Below, piece by piece: positions 1 through 16,984 of a stretch of 64,000 bases of DNA. How positions within the stretch are numbered: the first letter of the stretch is position 1; every line of letters begins with the position of its first letter. A program made the position numbers and the translations under genes. The stretch comes from Mytilus trossulus (Eukaryota): positions 73,470,001 to 73,534,000 of the forward strand of contig NC_086382.1 of assembly GCF_036588685.1 (NCBI RefSeq). The letters are read 5' to 3'. Below the pieces are notes generated by a model. It saw only the letters and a list, made by a program, of their open reading frames with translations, was not told the DNA's origin and ran no database searches.

Positions 1-357
1 AAATAAAAAAATAACTGAACATAACACATATATTTATTCTTGATATAAATCTTTCCATTCATAAATTTTAGATTAACATGCAAACCATGCACTTTTCCTA
101 GAAATGAACAATGTTATGTATTTATACAACTTATGTACATTATACATTGAAAAAGATGATATAAAACAATTGAAGGGCCCAACTTAATTTAATTCTAAGG
201 AACATATATATACATGAATTATTTTTTTTGTGTGGACATGTACTTGAAAGAAAAGTACATTGTACATCCGTTTTTGTCATGTTATATCATAATTTTTTTT
301 TATCCATGTAATGTAAAAATTACATTATTTTTGTTTGTATTTTATTCATATACTTAC

Positions 358-3300
358 TTGGACGCTGACAAAATATTGGTGACTTAATACCATAAAACTT
401 CATACTGCGCCCTGGAGGAGGTAATGGTACTTCATATAAAACATTGTAAATATACGATTCTAATGATAACTCTATTTCTGTTGGATTTAATACAGCACTA
501 TGTAACTGTTGTAAAAACTGCTGAGTCGGCTGAACAAATGGTTGCTGAGTAATTAAACAAAAACATTTTGTCACATACAGTCTATCCTTGTTGGATTTGT
601 AAATTTTCAAATCGTCAATTGTCCTTTTCTTTGTAGTACCAGGACTAAATCTAAGATTCCCTCCTACTTGTTCAATATGTAGAGTGTCTGACACATCAGT
701 TTCAACCTCTGCTAGGAACATGTGTTGTAATGTCTGCATGGCAGCCAAGATTTTGTCATCTGTAACTTCCTCGTAATAAATAAATGCAGACCCATATGTT
801 CTGGTTCCATCTTCCCTAGTAATGATAAACGAATGAAAGTCTGGCTGTCTGTCAGCTTTCTGTATACAAAAGGATAAACCTCTTGGGAAACTGAGCTAAA
901 AATTAAACAGACAAAAAATAAACTATATTGAACATGTTGAAGAAACTTAATTACTTAAAATGAAACAAATGTTAATTAAAAGAATTTATTAAAGAAATCT
1001 TCACAAATTTCCTCAAGTCATTTTACATTTTTATGTGTAATAGTGTGTGATATCTTTATGTGTAACAGTGTGTGATATCTTTAATATGCAGATATTTGCT
1101 GAGACACACTGTTTATATGACTTAGTTACATGTATTTTATTTACTGGATTATATTACCATTTTACAGACAAGTTCGTCACCAACATGTATCTATTCTTTC
1201 AAATTATATTTTGAATAAACATTATAAAAATTATAATCATACTAAATAACTATTGATGAATCTTTCCCTTTTAATTTACAAGTATGAGTAAAAAGATTGT
1301 TATTACATTCAAAGACGACATGTACAAATGCATCATGGCTTAGAATTTCAATTATTGCCCTTCAAAATATTTAAAACTAATTTAAATTTTCATTATGAAC
1401 ATAGACTCATAGTTTTAAAGATTTTATTTCCAAAGTAACATAATTCCAAGTCAATATGATGTTTTATTTAGTTGAATACCAGAACACATTACCAAATAAC
1501 TAATTTCAGATGGTAAAGTTACTATATATATATTGGATTTATGCTGTCTCTTTATAGAGATTATAAAACACCAGCTTGGCAGTTTGTTAAGTAAATATTA
1601 GGATCACAGGACTGAAGTTTAATTTAACACTGGTTTCAGCTAAACCTCTTAGCAATGTAAACTACTTTTCTTCAGAGCGATAATTTTCAAAACAATTATC
1701 TACAACATGTACAAGTAGTATTGCAAACTGTATGATTTAATTTTGTGTCATGAACAGCAATGTTTAATTGTATATATCATTACCATCCCAACAGCTACTT
1801 TGTCGAATGCATTCCATGGCACTGATTCAGGATAATGATCCAATACCTTGGACTTATAAGGACGATCTAAAGGAGGACACTGCAAATGTTCACCTAAAAA
1901 TATATTAAAAAAATCATTTTAAATTCCTTCCTTCATACATGTATATGTCTATATCAAAACAAACCTTGAATGTAGTATTCCTTCCTACATATATGTCAAG
2001 TATTTCACTCAATAAGTGTAAAATATGACAGTTGTCATTTCCTGGCCTGTATATCAGAGGTTTAGGCAAATGACAGTCAGGGGTACTACTTGTACAAATA
2101 TTTCTTCATTTGGATTTGTACTGATTGAAAATTTAGTCTTAGATGCATGATTTTTTTTTATTAGTCATGAACTAGTTGTCAGTAACTGTGAGTACTCTCT
2201 GATCAGTACTAATCGTCTTTTTGTTGTTGGGAAATATATACAAGTACGTGGCCATGTTCACTCTGTGCTATTGTTAGATGTATTTCTATTTGTATCCATC
2301 TGATGAATTAACCCTTTTGCAACTGTTTTTTTTTAGTAATAGTTTGTTCTTATGTTGTACTGTTATACCACTGTCCCAGGTTAGGGGGAGGGTTGGAATC
2401 CCGCTTACATGTTTAACCCAGCAACATTCTTTATGTATGCAGCCTCTAATTCAGCGATTGTCTTTTGTTGATATGTTACATATTTGTTTTTTCTTTCGTT
2501 TTTTTGTGCATAAATAAGGCTGTTTAATAGTTTTCTCGTTTGAATTGTTATACATTTGACATTTTATTTCCTTTTAAAGCTGACTATGTGGTATTGGCTT
2601 TGATCAGTGGCCGTACAGTGACCTATAGTTGTAAATTTCTGTGTTATTTGGACTCTTGTGAATAGTTGTCATTGACAATCAGGGTTTCCGCTGGCGGTCG
2701 CCATTTTCGCAATTTGCGAAAAAATAATAATTGTGGCGATTAAAATTCGTCATTGGCGAAAGAATTTGGCGAAAGAAATATATATAACGATTTATTTTCA
2801 GCCATCTTGTTTATTTACTTTTTTCGGGTTTCTCTGACTTTCAATGACTTTTCCGATCAGACAATACTCGGAATTCACCTTGAACTCGTTAAGATTTTGA
2901 CAGAAAATCAATAATCAGCTGATTGCATTCAAAGCTGTCGACATCAAAGGACGAATTAATAAAGGTGTTGATTGTATGATGTGACAAAATTATATGATTA
3001 AATGGCTTCTGTCACATGTCACAAAAGGGATTTATTGACCACTTTGCAACGCACATGTTTGAAGCAAAATTTTTACGCTTCCTCTCCTTCTTTTAATGAT
3101 AGTGCAGAAAGGTCTCTGATTTAAAACTTTATCATTTAACTTTCATGTAGATCATTGATTTTAGTGGGTACTTCAAAGTCGTTTCAGTTACACACGTGTT
3201 TCAAAGCATATAGTTTTACTTATGAATTTATGTACGATGGTCTAGAAAAGAAAACTGTTGTTATGAAGAAATCTATTTAAAAGGTTGGCATGAGAGTAAC

Positions 3301-5348
3301 CCTTCCATGTAATGACTACACCTTACTCGAGGGATCAATTCCAAGTGATAAGATGCATCGTTTTGTTGAAAAAACACTTCTTATTTAGGGGGGGGGGGGG
3401 GGGGCTGGAAAAAAGGAAAATTTTAAATGAAAAATATATTTGTGTTACTTGGCGAAAAAAATAATAAAGTGGCGAAAAATATATTGTTTTGGCGAAAGAG
3501 GTGGCGAAAAAAATAATTGACCCAGGGGAAACCCTGTTGACAATCATATACCACATCTTCTTTTTTATATACATAAAGAAGGTTCAAGTTTCATAAATTT
3601 AACACATTTAAAGTACTAATAATTTAACATAACCATAGACACTATTATTATATATTGAATAGACCTATCCAGATGAAGGACCCTCCACCCCACCCCCACT
3701 CCAAAATTTGTGGGGAAAATCTAGTTGAATATAAAGGGAATCGCTGAAGCATGACTGAAGCAGGCCCAATCTTATTGTAGACAGTGGGCCCCCTCCAACT
3801 AATTAAATTTTTGCATCCCCCACTGTATTTTTACACTTGACCATGTTGACATTAATTAGTTCCTTACTCAACCTTGCATTCCGGCATTTATTATTGTAAC
3901 ATTTTATTTTTTTAAATGTTTAATGTACCGATATAACTGTAGCCAATGTGTTTGATTTGCTCTTGTGTGTAACAAATCTTATAATTACTGAAAAAGTTTA
4001 CATTAGGAATTTCGATACCAATAAGTAGTCAAAACATTTACTAAAATTAATCATCGGTACAAGGAAATCATTTATAAATATGAATCAACATGCAGACATT
4101 ATAAATGGTCAGGTATTTCACATCCAATATTTTATGGTAATATCATTTACAAAGCGCAGAAATGTCAGCATTCACCAAAATAGGGAAACCAAACCTTTAA
4201 ACTGACTTATTCCGCAAGGATATAGCTACAATACCTATGACAGGTCATGGAGGATTGCATATTTTGGAATTACTATTGGTTCACTCATATGGTCTTTGCA
4301 TTTGAAAAAAAACACCTTTTCTTTCTGAAACCAGTTGTTGGCTTGATACATATACAAGTTATGTTTTTTTCTTGTATAACTTATGACAGTATGATACTTA
4401 ATATGCATGCTTAAGGTCTGATGCTGGTACATTTATGTAAGTTATTATATATCTACTAACAGGCCTTTGTTAATTTATGTATCATTGTTAATTTTTCAGT
4501 TTCTTTTATTCTCTTTCCTGACATTAGACTTCTAATCGACTGAGTTTTACTGTGCATATGCTATGTGTTTCTTATTCTACATTGGCCATGTTGGCTAGAG
4601 GTATAGAATTTATAGGGGAAGGGTTGAGGTCTCACAAAACTTATTCAACCCTGCCACATTGTGGTGCCTGTTTTAAGTCTGGATCTTCTGGCCTTTGTTT
4701 GTATTGTATTTTTTTATAATTTGAGTTCATGTAAAATGTATCATTGTTCATGTTGTTTACTCGTATGTTTAGGAGTTTAGTGTGTTGTCCATTTTCACTG
4801 ACTGAACTAGTACACAATTTTTATAAAAGGGACCAACTGAGGGCCACCTCTGGGTGTTGTGTTTTCTCACTGTGTTATTAACACCCATTGGTGGACTTCG
4901 GTTGTTGTCTGCTCTTTGCCTTAGGCCAGGTTGTTGTCTGTAGATGGTTGTCTGAGGGGGGATAGGACCTTTATCGGGACTCCAGGATCGGGTGTTTTTA
5001 AGCTCAGGATTTCCAGATTGACCCTTTCGGGATACGGTAATTCTTTTTTCAAATTTCGTGTTTTTAAGCCCGGGATTTCGGGATCAGGACCCCTCCTAGC
5101 CCATTTCCTTTCTCAATTTCAGTGAATGCCTATATCACACTATAACTGTAACAAGGGACAACAGTGGGGAACTTAGACTCATTCAGTTTTACTTATTGCG
5201 TTTTTCTTATTTCCCAAAGAAAGTGTTTATAAAAAGTAGACAAAATTATCTAACCAGACAGTTGATCTGGTTCCAAGCCAGACTTCACATCCAAGCCACA
5301 TACGACGAAATAGTCCGCAAATCGGGTTGACTGAGACTGAAATGTCAT
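358..5348 (-). CDS. DENND5: DENN domain-containing protein 5 (Rab GEF, Rab6IP1), first three coding exons; gene continues off the left edge
   Basis: Exons 5348-5255, 1893-1784 and 895-358, all GT-AG and frame-consistent. They give [77 protein letters not shown]...[16 protein letters not shown]...[14 protein letters not shown], which matches the uDENN/DENN N-terminus of DENND5A/B. Confidence 0.95.
2680..3536. mobile_element. Non-autonomous hAT-type DNA transposon (MITE)
   Basis: TIRs CAGGGTTTCC...GGAAACCCTG. Perfect 8-bp TSD TTGACAAT at 2672-2679 and 3537-3544. Subterminal TGGCGAAA repeats. Inserted into the end of another interspersed repeat. Confidence 0.85.
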
Positions 5349-5459
5349 TGCTTGGCATTATTTCCCCCTGATCTCTGTTAAGTAATCGTCATATAATAAA
5401 TATATTGTCATATTGCGATGGGTAAAGTTTTGGACAATGAATCGAATGATCTGTGTTGT

Positions 5460-5536
5460 TGATCTGACCACTTCCTGTGTAAATCTACTTCCGGTAGGTG
5501 TCAAATTATCTCCCTTGAGGTAAACAAAGTGTAAGT
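5460..5536. promoter_or_regulatory. Putative bidirectional promoter DENND5/HINT2 and probable non-coding HINT2 exon 1
   Basis: Two ETS/GABP-type motifs (ACTTCCTG ~5470, ACTTCCGG ~5487) lie 120-140 bp upstream of the DENND5 ATG. A + strand GTAAGT donor is at 5531. The HINT2 ATG exon is preceded by an acceptor, so it needs an upstream exon. Confidence 0.55.
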
Positions 5537-5715
5537 GGGCCTAAAACCGTTTGTTATATCTTATATTCTATGGTTAATTTGGCTATTCTTAAATATGCAC
5601 ACCAAACTATCTTAAAATTTATGCCTTATTTGCATGTTTATTTGGGTTGTCATTGTGCATCATGCTTTAGAAAATTAGTTTTTTTTTTTTATCAGCCCTT
5701 TCCTTTATAGTCCAA

Positions 5716-6115
5716 ATAATAGACCACTTTCGAGTTCATCCGTCACCTGAAAAAACTCGTCAATTACACGCGCCTTGATCACCGTCATTTGTGCGTTTAG
5801 GGGCGTCGTCACTTCCTTCCAATGTTGAGCGAGTGGTTGGAAAACTATAATTCTATATTGTACGAATTATTCGGCAAATTGAATTGTCAAAATTGACAAT
5901 CAACACTGCTGTCATTAGGGAATTGTCAGTAAGTACCTACAGAGCAACCATTATTTCTAGTTTATCCTGCACAAAGACGATCACTAAGACGCTTGATGAA
6001 CGTAAATAGTGCAGGGATACAGGCGAGCCCCTCTATCTGGTAAATGACGTCATAAAGGCGTACATAATTGACGAGTTTTTGCCGGTGACGGATGAACTCG
6101 AAAGTGGTCTATTAT
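5716..6115. mobile_element. MITE with ~70-bp terminal inverted repeats
   Basis: ATAATAGACCACTTTCGAGTTCATCCGTCACC... at the left and ...GGTGACGGATGAACTCGAAAGTGGTCTATTAT at the right; no ORF. Confidence 0.85.
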
Positions 6116-6129
6116 GACAATTTGAATTG

Positions 6130-6284
6130 GGGGTCTCATTGGGGGGTTACAATTCTCAAATTTTTGTCATTTTCCGAGTCCCGCAAGTCCTCATTTCCAG
6201 TTTTCACGCCACAAGAATTTGACTTTCACGTGTCACGCTTACAAAAAATCAGTACCACGTCACACTTAGACCCCAATGAGACTA
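6130..6284. mobile_element. Small MITE-like element
   Basis: Inverted termini GTCTCATTGGGG...CCCCAATGAGAC. Confidence 0.55.
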
Positions 6285-7404
6285 TGACCATAATTATTAA
6301 TTTCATAAGGACATCAAGTTTGAGTATGTAATTAACCAACCAAAACACAATCAACACAATTTATTGTCCCTAAGGTAAACTGACCACATACCTAAAACAT
6401 TCTAGTTTATCTACGTATGAAGTCAAACAGTGTTCTTAGACAACAATTCTGTATTTCGGTAATTCAGTCAGATATTAATTATGCCATAACTGCCACAAGT
6501 ATATATAGGCTATCCATCAAACCTTCATTATTTATATTTAACTTAATAATTACATTAGATGTATGTTTCATTATAATACATTATTCTGTTCAATTGGCTA
6601 ACTGCACATCACATGCTATTCCTGAAACAATTGCATTAGACAATGAAATTTATCATTTATGATGACCCGAAGTCCCACAATAAAAACAGGTGAATTAAAT
6701 GAAAACTTGATAAAAATTGTGTTTTCATGATCTTAGCTAAAAAAATGTAATTCTAAGTATTAAATGCTTCTTTTTGTAGGGTCATACAAAATGTACTTTG
6801 GTCAACACTTTTACACCCCAATAAATTTAAAAAAAGCAGCATTCAATTCCTAAATATAAAACAGTGACTGAAGATATGAAAAGTGATGTTGTTTAGGGCT
6901 GGAATGGAATCTCCCTGGAAGTACAGCAGCTGATATGTAGAATTGTGGAATGCCCTGGTTGGTGCAAGTTTTGTTAATCTAAAATCGATTTTACATATAT
7001 CCCTATTGGTCAATAAATTTTTCCCAAATTAAGTTAAGAGGGGGGGGGGGGGGGGGGGGGGTCAGTGAAAAAACTATGTGAACTAAGTTTTTTACCCTTC
7101 ATTGAACTTTTGATGTTGTCCTTTAGGATATCACTCTTGAAATTGATCTATATTATAAAAACAAACAAACATGGAAATCAGTGACAATAATATATGTTAC
7201 AGGCAATTTCTAAATTTAGGCATTTTGTAAAATGATGAAACTGAAATTTTTAGGCATTTTCTAAAATGCCTGCATGATTTAGGCATTTTACAAATTGACT
7301 AATTTTTTCAGGCATTTTGTAAAATGCCTAAAAATATCATAAGGCATTTTACAAAATGCCTAAAAGACTAAAACTAAATGGAATGTACTCAAAATTTAAC
7401 ATTT

Positions 7405-8199
7405 TGACATTCCGTCGGCGGCGGCGTCCACAAATATTCACTCTGTGGTTAAAGTTTTTGAAATTTTAATAACTTTCTTAAACTATACTGGATTACTTCC
7501 AAACATGGACAGAAGCTTGTTTATGATCACAAGATAGTATTCAGAATTGAATTTTGTAAAAATAAAATTCAATTTTTTCCGTATTTTACTTATAAATGGA
7601 CTTAGTTTTTCTGCAGGGAAACATTACATTCACTCTGTAGTTTTTTAAATTTTAATAACTTTCTTGAACTATCCTGGGTTTGTACCAAACATGGACAGAA
7701 GCTTGTTTATGATCAAAAGATAATATGCAGAAGTAAATTTTGTAAAAAAATAAATCTGTTTTTTCCGTATTTTACTTTTAAATGGACTTAGATTTTCTGC
7801 CAAAAAACAACACATTTACTCTGTGGTTAAATTTAAAAAAAAAATAGTAACTTTCTTATACTACTTTTAATTTGTACCAAACTTAGATAGAAGCTTGTTT
7901 ATGATCAAAAGTTAGTATTTAGAAGAAAATTTTGTTTATATTTTGTACCTGTGTATCTGTATTTTACTTATAAATGGACTTAGTTTTTCTTCCAGTTAAC
8001 ATTACATACTGTCTGCAGTTAAAGATTTTAAACATTTATTAGATTCATAAACTATCCTGGATTTTTACCAAACTTGGACAGAAGCTTCTTACAATGTAAA
8101 GATAGTATCAAGAAGAATATTTTTATTTTTTTTGTTGAGCCTGTGATTTCAGCAAAAGTAGGCGAGACACTGGGTTCTGCGGAACCCTTACAAATTTTT
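7405..8199 (+). mobile_element. Helentron-associated (HINE/DINE-like) element with internal ~180-bp tandem units
   Basis: (CGG)n microsatellite, repeated AAAC(A/T)TGGACAGAAGCTTGTTTATGATC units, subterminal GGCGAGAC, and a 3' palindrome GGGTTCTGCGGAACCC followed by a T-run. An inverted copy lies at 16985-18025. Confidence 0.7.
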
Positions 8200-8295
8200 C
8201 TATCATTAAATATAGCATTCAATTTAAACAGTTACAGTTTTATCATTGTAATTAAATCATTTACATTAACACTGAATATGACAATTATTTTTGCT

Positions 8296-8715
8296 TCATG
8301 TAATGATTGGATGACAGCAACTGTTGCACATTTTTTCTGTCTTTTTGCAAAGACAACATTTAGTGTTACAGCTAGTCTTACCACTAGCACTACGGCCACA
8401 TTTTGTGTAACCCTGACCTTCGCACAAAGAAACTTTACTGACAGCTTTACTGAAGGATATTTCATTATCATAATTTACGGATTGAATAGCAATAAAGTTA
8501 CTGTCAGACCGTACAAACTGATTCCTGATGTAAAGTCCACGTAGTATTCGAACTTTAATTCCCAGTTGATAACCATGCTCTTCCTTTCCGGTAACAACAT
8601 CCTTAAGGTTACACAGGTCTCCTTTCTCTCCATCTACATGGGGAATTGTTACTAATACATTCACTCCAATATCTACCTCTGTCAAAACTCTTTCCAAATA
8701 TGGCAAATATTTCAT
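8296..8715 (-). pseudogene. C-terminal remnant of KRBA2/SCAND3-like (Ginger-type) integrase/transposase
   Basis: IGVNVLVTIPHVD...DLCNL...GYQLG...GLYIRNQF followed by a Cys-rich tail CNTKCCLCKKTEKMCNSCCH. No catalytic core is present. Confidence 0.7.
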
Positions 8716-8754
8716 GCATATTCAATAGGCCTATGAGTCAACTTAATGGTAACA

Positions 8755-9477
8755 TAAGTCGTTGACCAAGTGTTGTTACTTTGTAGCTGATCCATTATCC
8801 CAGATGACCGCCAGCAAGGGACTTAGTTTAACATAGGACCCTATGGGAAATGCATACAAATGACTTATTTTAGAGAACCACTGAATGGAATGAAACCAAA
8901 CATGGCATGAATGTTCCTTATGAGGTGCTGACCAGGTGTTGTTACTTTGTAGCTGATCCATTATCCAACTGCGGATGGCCGCCAGCTGGGGACTTAGTTT
9001 AACATAGGACCCTATGGGAAATGCATACAAATGACTTATTTTAGAGAACCACGGAATGAAGTGAAACCAAACATGGCATGAATGTTCCTTATGAGGTGCT
9101 GACCAAGTGTTGTTACTTTGTAGCCGATACATCATCTAAGATGGCCGCCAGCAGGGGACTTAGTTTAACATAGGACCCAAGGGAAATGCATACAAATGAC
9201 TTCTTTTAGAGAACCACTGAATGGAATAAAACCAAACATGGCATGAATGTTTCTTATGAGGTGCTGACCATTCCAAGTGTTGTTACTGTGTATTCAATCC
9301 GTCATCCAAGATGGCCGCCAGTGGGGGACTTTTGAATGAAATTAAACATACCCTGAATGTTCCTTTCCTTATGAGGTTGTGTTGTCACTTTTAGCCAAAT
9401 TTTATGTTTTTTTTATATGATTTTAAAAACCCAAGTAGAATCAGGTGAGCGATACAGGCTCTTGAGAGCATCTAGTT
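8755..9477 (+). mobile_element. HINE-like element with ~166-bp internal tandem repeats
   Basis: About 3.5 copies of GTGTTGTTACTTTGTAGC...ATGGCCGCC...GGGACTTAGTTTAACATAGGACCC. The 3' end is CAGGTGAGCGATACAGGCTCTTGAGAGCATCTAGTT. Confidence 0.7.
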
Positions 9478-9698
9478 AAAGAATAATCTTAAATTTATTT
9501 AACTCAACCCTTTTTGTAGCTTTACAATATAGTTTTTATCAGCTATTTCATGTATTTAAAAATTACATAATTTGCCTGAAACAGACCAGGCAATTTGTAA
9601 AATTTTCATTAAAAATTTCAGGCATTTTACAATATGACTAGGTTTTTTTAGGCATTTTATAAAATGCCTGTCAACTTAAGGCATTTTTAGAAAAACCT

Positions 9699-11759
9699 AA
9701 ACCAGATGCTCTGCAGGGCGCAGCTTTATACGACCGCAGAGGTTGAACCCTGAACAGTTGGGGCAAGTATGGACACAACATTCAAGCTGGATTCAGCTCT
9801 AAATTTGGATTGTGATTAAATAGTTGACACAGCATAGGTTTCTGACACAGAATGAATGTGGTCTAATGAATTTAAAAAAATTTGTTTGCCTTTGAGCAAT
9901 TCACTATGCTGTTGAATATTAATCCTCTCAAAAAAATGTTTGAAGAAATTTTCTTTTAAATTATGAAATCTGAAATGAAAAAAATTGACCCCCCCCCCCC
10001 CCCCCCCCCCCCCAATTTTATTTTCACATCCCCCTTTCCCTTATTTCAAAACTGTTCTTAATTCAAATTTCTAATGAAGTTTGCAACAATAACTACTCAT
10101 TTAAATACATCATAAAATATTAAAATGTAAAAAAAGTGCTTGTTATCACTGACAATGACTGAATGGTAAAGATTGTTTTAATTTATCAGTTGGTAGTAAA
10201 AGTGAATATACATTGTATATTGTATAAAACAATGATTTAAGTTGATTCAACTACTATTCTGGACAAAGAAAGATAACTCCAATTGAAATCCAATTGGAAT
10301 TTCTTGCTATTGCACAATATTGTGCAATTAGATATTTCTTGCTATTGTGCAATACTGTGCAATTGAAAATATTTGCTATTGCACAATACTGTGCAATTGA
10401 AGATTTCTCGCTATTGCACAATACTGTGCAATTAAAGATTTCTTGCTATTGCTGAATTTATAACTGTGCAATTGAAAATTCTTGCTATTGCACAATACTT
10501 AATATAATAATTTTGGATCCTGATTTGGACCAACTTGAAAACTGGGCCCATAATCAGAAATCTAAGTACATGTTTAGATTCAGCATATCAAAGAGGCCCA
10601 AGAATTCAATTTTTGTTAAAATCAAACTTAGTTTAATTTTGGACCCTTTGGACTTTAATGTAGACCAATTTTAAAATGGGACCAAAAATTAAGAATCTAC
10701 ATACACAGTTAGATTTGGCATATCAAAGAACCCCAATTATTCAATTTTTGATGAAATCAAACAAAGTTTAATTTTGGACCCCAATTTGGATCAACTCGAA
10801 AACTGGGCCAATTTCCAAAAATCTAAGTACATTTTTAGATTCAGCATATCAAAGAACCTGAAGGATTCAATTTTTGTTAAAATCAAACTAAGTTTAATTT
10901 TGGACCCTTTGGACCTTAATGTAGACCAATTTGAAAACTGGACCAAAAATTAAGAATCTACATACATAGTTAGATTCGGCATATCAAAGAACCCCAATTT
11001 TTCAATTTTTGATGAAATCAAACAGTTTTATTTTGGACCCTTTGGGCCCTTTATTCCTAAACTGTTGGGACAAAAACTCCCAAAATCAATACCAACCTTC
11101 CTTTTATGGTCATAAACCTTATGTTTAAATTTCATAGATTTCTATTGATAAATACTAAAGTTGTGGTGCGAAAACCAAGAAAAATGCTTATTTGGGTCCC
11201 TTATTGGCCCCTAATTCCTAAACTGTTAGGACCTAAACTCCGAAAATCAATACCAACCTTCCTTTTTCTGGTCATAAACATTGTGTTTAAATTTCATTGA
11301 TTTCTATTTACTTAAACTAAAGTTATTGTGCGAAAACCAAGAATAATGCTTATTTGGGCCCTTTTTTGGCCCCTAATTCCTAAACTGTTGGAACCAAAAC
11401 TCCCAAAATCAATCCCAACCTTTCTTTTGTGGTCATTAACCTTGTGTCAACATTTCATAGATTTCTATTAACTTAAACTAAAGTTATAGTGCGAAAACTA
11501 AGAAAATGCTTATTTGGGCCCTTTTTGGCCCCTAATTCCTAAAATGTTGGGACCAAAACTCCCAAAATCAATTCCAACCTTCCTTTTGTGGTCATAAACT
11601 TTGTGTTAAAATTTCATAGATTTCTATTAACTTTTACTAAAGTTAGAGTGCGAAAACTTAAAGTATTCGACGACAACGACGACGACGACGCAGACGACGA
11701 CGCCAACGTGATAGCAATATACGACAATTTTTTTTTCAAATTTTGCTGTTGTATAAAAA
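9699..11759 (-). mobile_element. HINE-like element with several internal tandem arrays
   Basis: Termini AAACCAGATGCTCTGCAGGGCGCAGCTTTATACGAC... and ...(GAC)n...ATACGAC...GTATAAAAA. Internal ~35-bp, ~120-bp and ~160-bp repeat units. Confidence 0.65.
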
Positions 11760-11984
11760 TCAGTCATTTTACAAAATGCCTAAATTTAGAAAATGCCAGT
11801 AACATATATAAATATACTTATTACATTTTATATTCTTTTATATTGATAAAACTTACATTTTAGTAAATAAAAAAATAAGAAGAATCTAATTGTACTACAA
11901 AGTTTTATTATAATTCAAGTTTTGTCATTAATATTTATAAAAACTATACAGTCTTAACTGGAAAAATAAGATGCAATGTGTTTG

Positions 11985-12432
11985 TTTTTATGCCCCACCT
12001 ATGATAGTAGAGTGGCATTATGTTTTCTGGTGTGGCTCTGTTCGATCGTCTGTGCGTCTGTTCGTTCAGGTTAAAGTTTTTGGTCAAGGGAGTTTTTGAT
12101 GAAGCTGAAGTCCAAACAACTTGAAACTTAGTACACTTGTTGCTTATGATATAATCTTTCTAATTTTAAAGCCAAATTAGACTTTTGACTTCAATTTCAC
12201 GGTCCACTGAACATAGAAAATGAAAGTGGGAGTTTCAGGTTAAAGTTTTTGGTCAAGGTAGTTTGGGATGAAATGGAAGTCCAATCAACTTGAAACTTAC
12301 TACATATGTTCTCTATAGAACAATCTTTCTTATTTTAATGCCAAATTAGATTATTACCCAATTTCACGGTCCATGGAACTTGAAAAGGAAGGTGCGAGTG
12401 GGGCATTCGTGTACTTTGGATACATTCTTGTT
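11985..12432 (+). mobile_element. Short HINE-like repeat; inverted copy at 19780-20045
   Basis: TTTTTATGCCCC...GGCATTATG start, (GTCT/GTTC) microsatellite, and GGGGCATTCGTGTAC...ACATTCTTGTT end. Confidence 0.6.
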
Positions 12433-12572
12433 AAGTCATAAGTCAAGTTCTCTTCAATTTTCTAGGAAAAATGGAAAACTAAGTTGCATATTTTTAACTC
12501 AACTCTTTTATTTAATAGAATGTAGTGAATTTACATCTTATTTTATGAATAGATATGTTTGTAGAATACAGC

Positions 12573-16427
<3,855 letters not shown>

Positions 16428-16984
16428 AGTATCAACTGATTGACTTTTATATATATCATTGTGGTGCTAAATATTTAACACTAAAAGTGCTTGTGCTTTT
16501 TATATTACATTTACAACAATGTCTAAATACATGAATTTAAACAGATAAAGTGATACTTTAAATTGATACAGGCTGTTTTTTGTTGTTTTTAGCTTTTTAA
16601 TGAGGAGCATCTAAGCATTAGAAAAAAAAAGTGATAAATATGTTGGTGTGTGTTATTGTTAAGAAGGAAGTTGTAAACATTTTAAGATCTGAGTCTCTGA
16701 GTCTTTGGAGCATACTGAATCTGCTTGCACTCAAACAGGTTAAATTTATACCTTTCAGCACTTGTACATCAAATATATAATTTCTGACAAAAGCACTTTT
16801 ACTTCATTTTTAACTTCTTAAAAAGGTGTGCTTAGTGGAAAAGCAACAACTTCTTTTTTACAAGTCTTTGGTTTTGATTTTTCTGGGATTGAATACACCA
16901 CATCTCACACTAAAGGAAAGAGACCAACAAAATGGTTGCCAATGAGTTATCTTTTGTTTGTGTAATTGAGGCTACATATAAAAA

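Larger units (their letters stand above)
7195..11804 (-). mobile_element. Decayed Ginger-type (integrase) DNA transposon with nested insertions
   Basis: TIRs of ~40 bp: TGTTACAGGCAATTTCTAAATTTAGGCATTTTGTAAAATGA...TCATTTTACAAAATGCCTAAATTTAGAAAATGCCAGTAACA. TGT...ACA ends, 4-bp TATA TSD, subterminal AGGCATTTT repeats, and an internal integrase C-terminal remnant. Confidence 0.75.

Noticed and set aside
2295-2340. CTGATGA as a hammerhead core
   Set aside because: No GAAA/stem III/UH follows in proper geometry.
8074-8544. 156-aa + strand ORF
   Set aside because: It is an antisense shadow of the integrase remnant fused to HINE sequence.
8776-9135. 119-aa ORF with an internal repeat
   Set aside because: It is a translation of HINE tandem units.
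9988-10013. Long poly-C/poly-G runs (also 3388, 7040, 25877) as G-quadruplex regulators
   Set aside because: They are simple homopolymers, mostly within repeats, and their length is unreliable.
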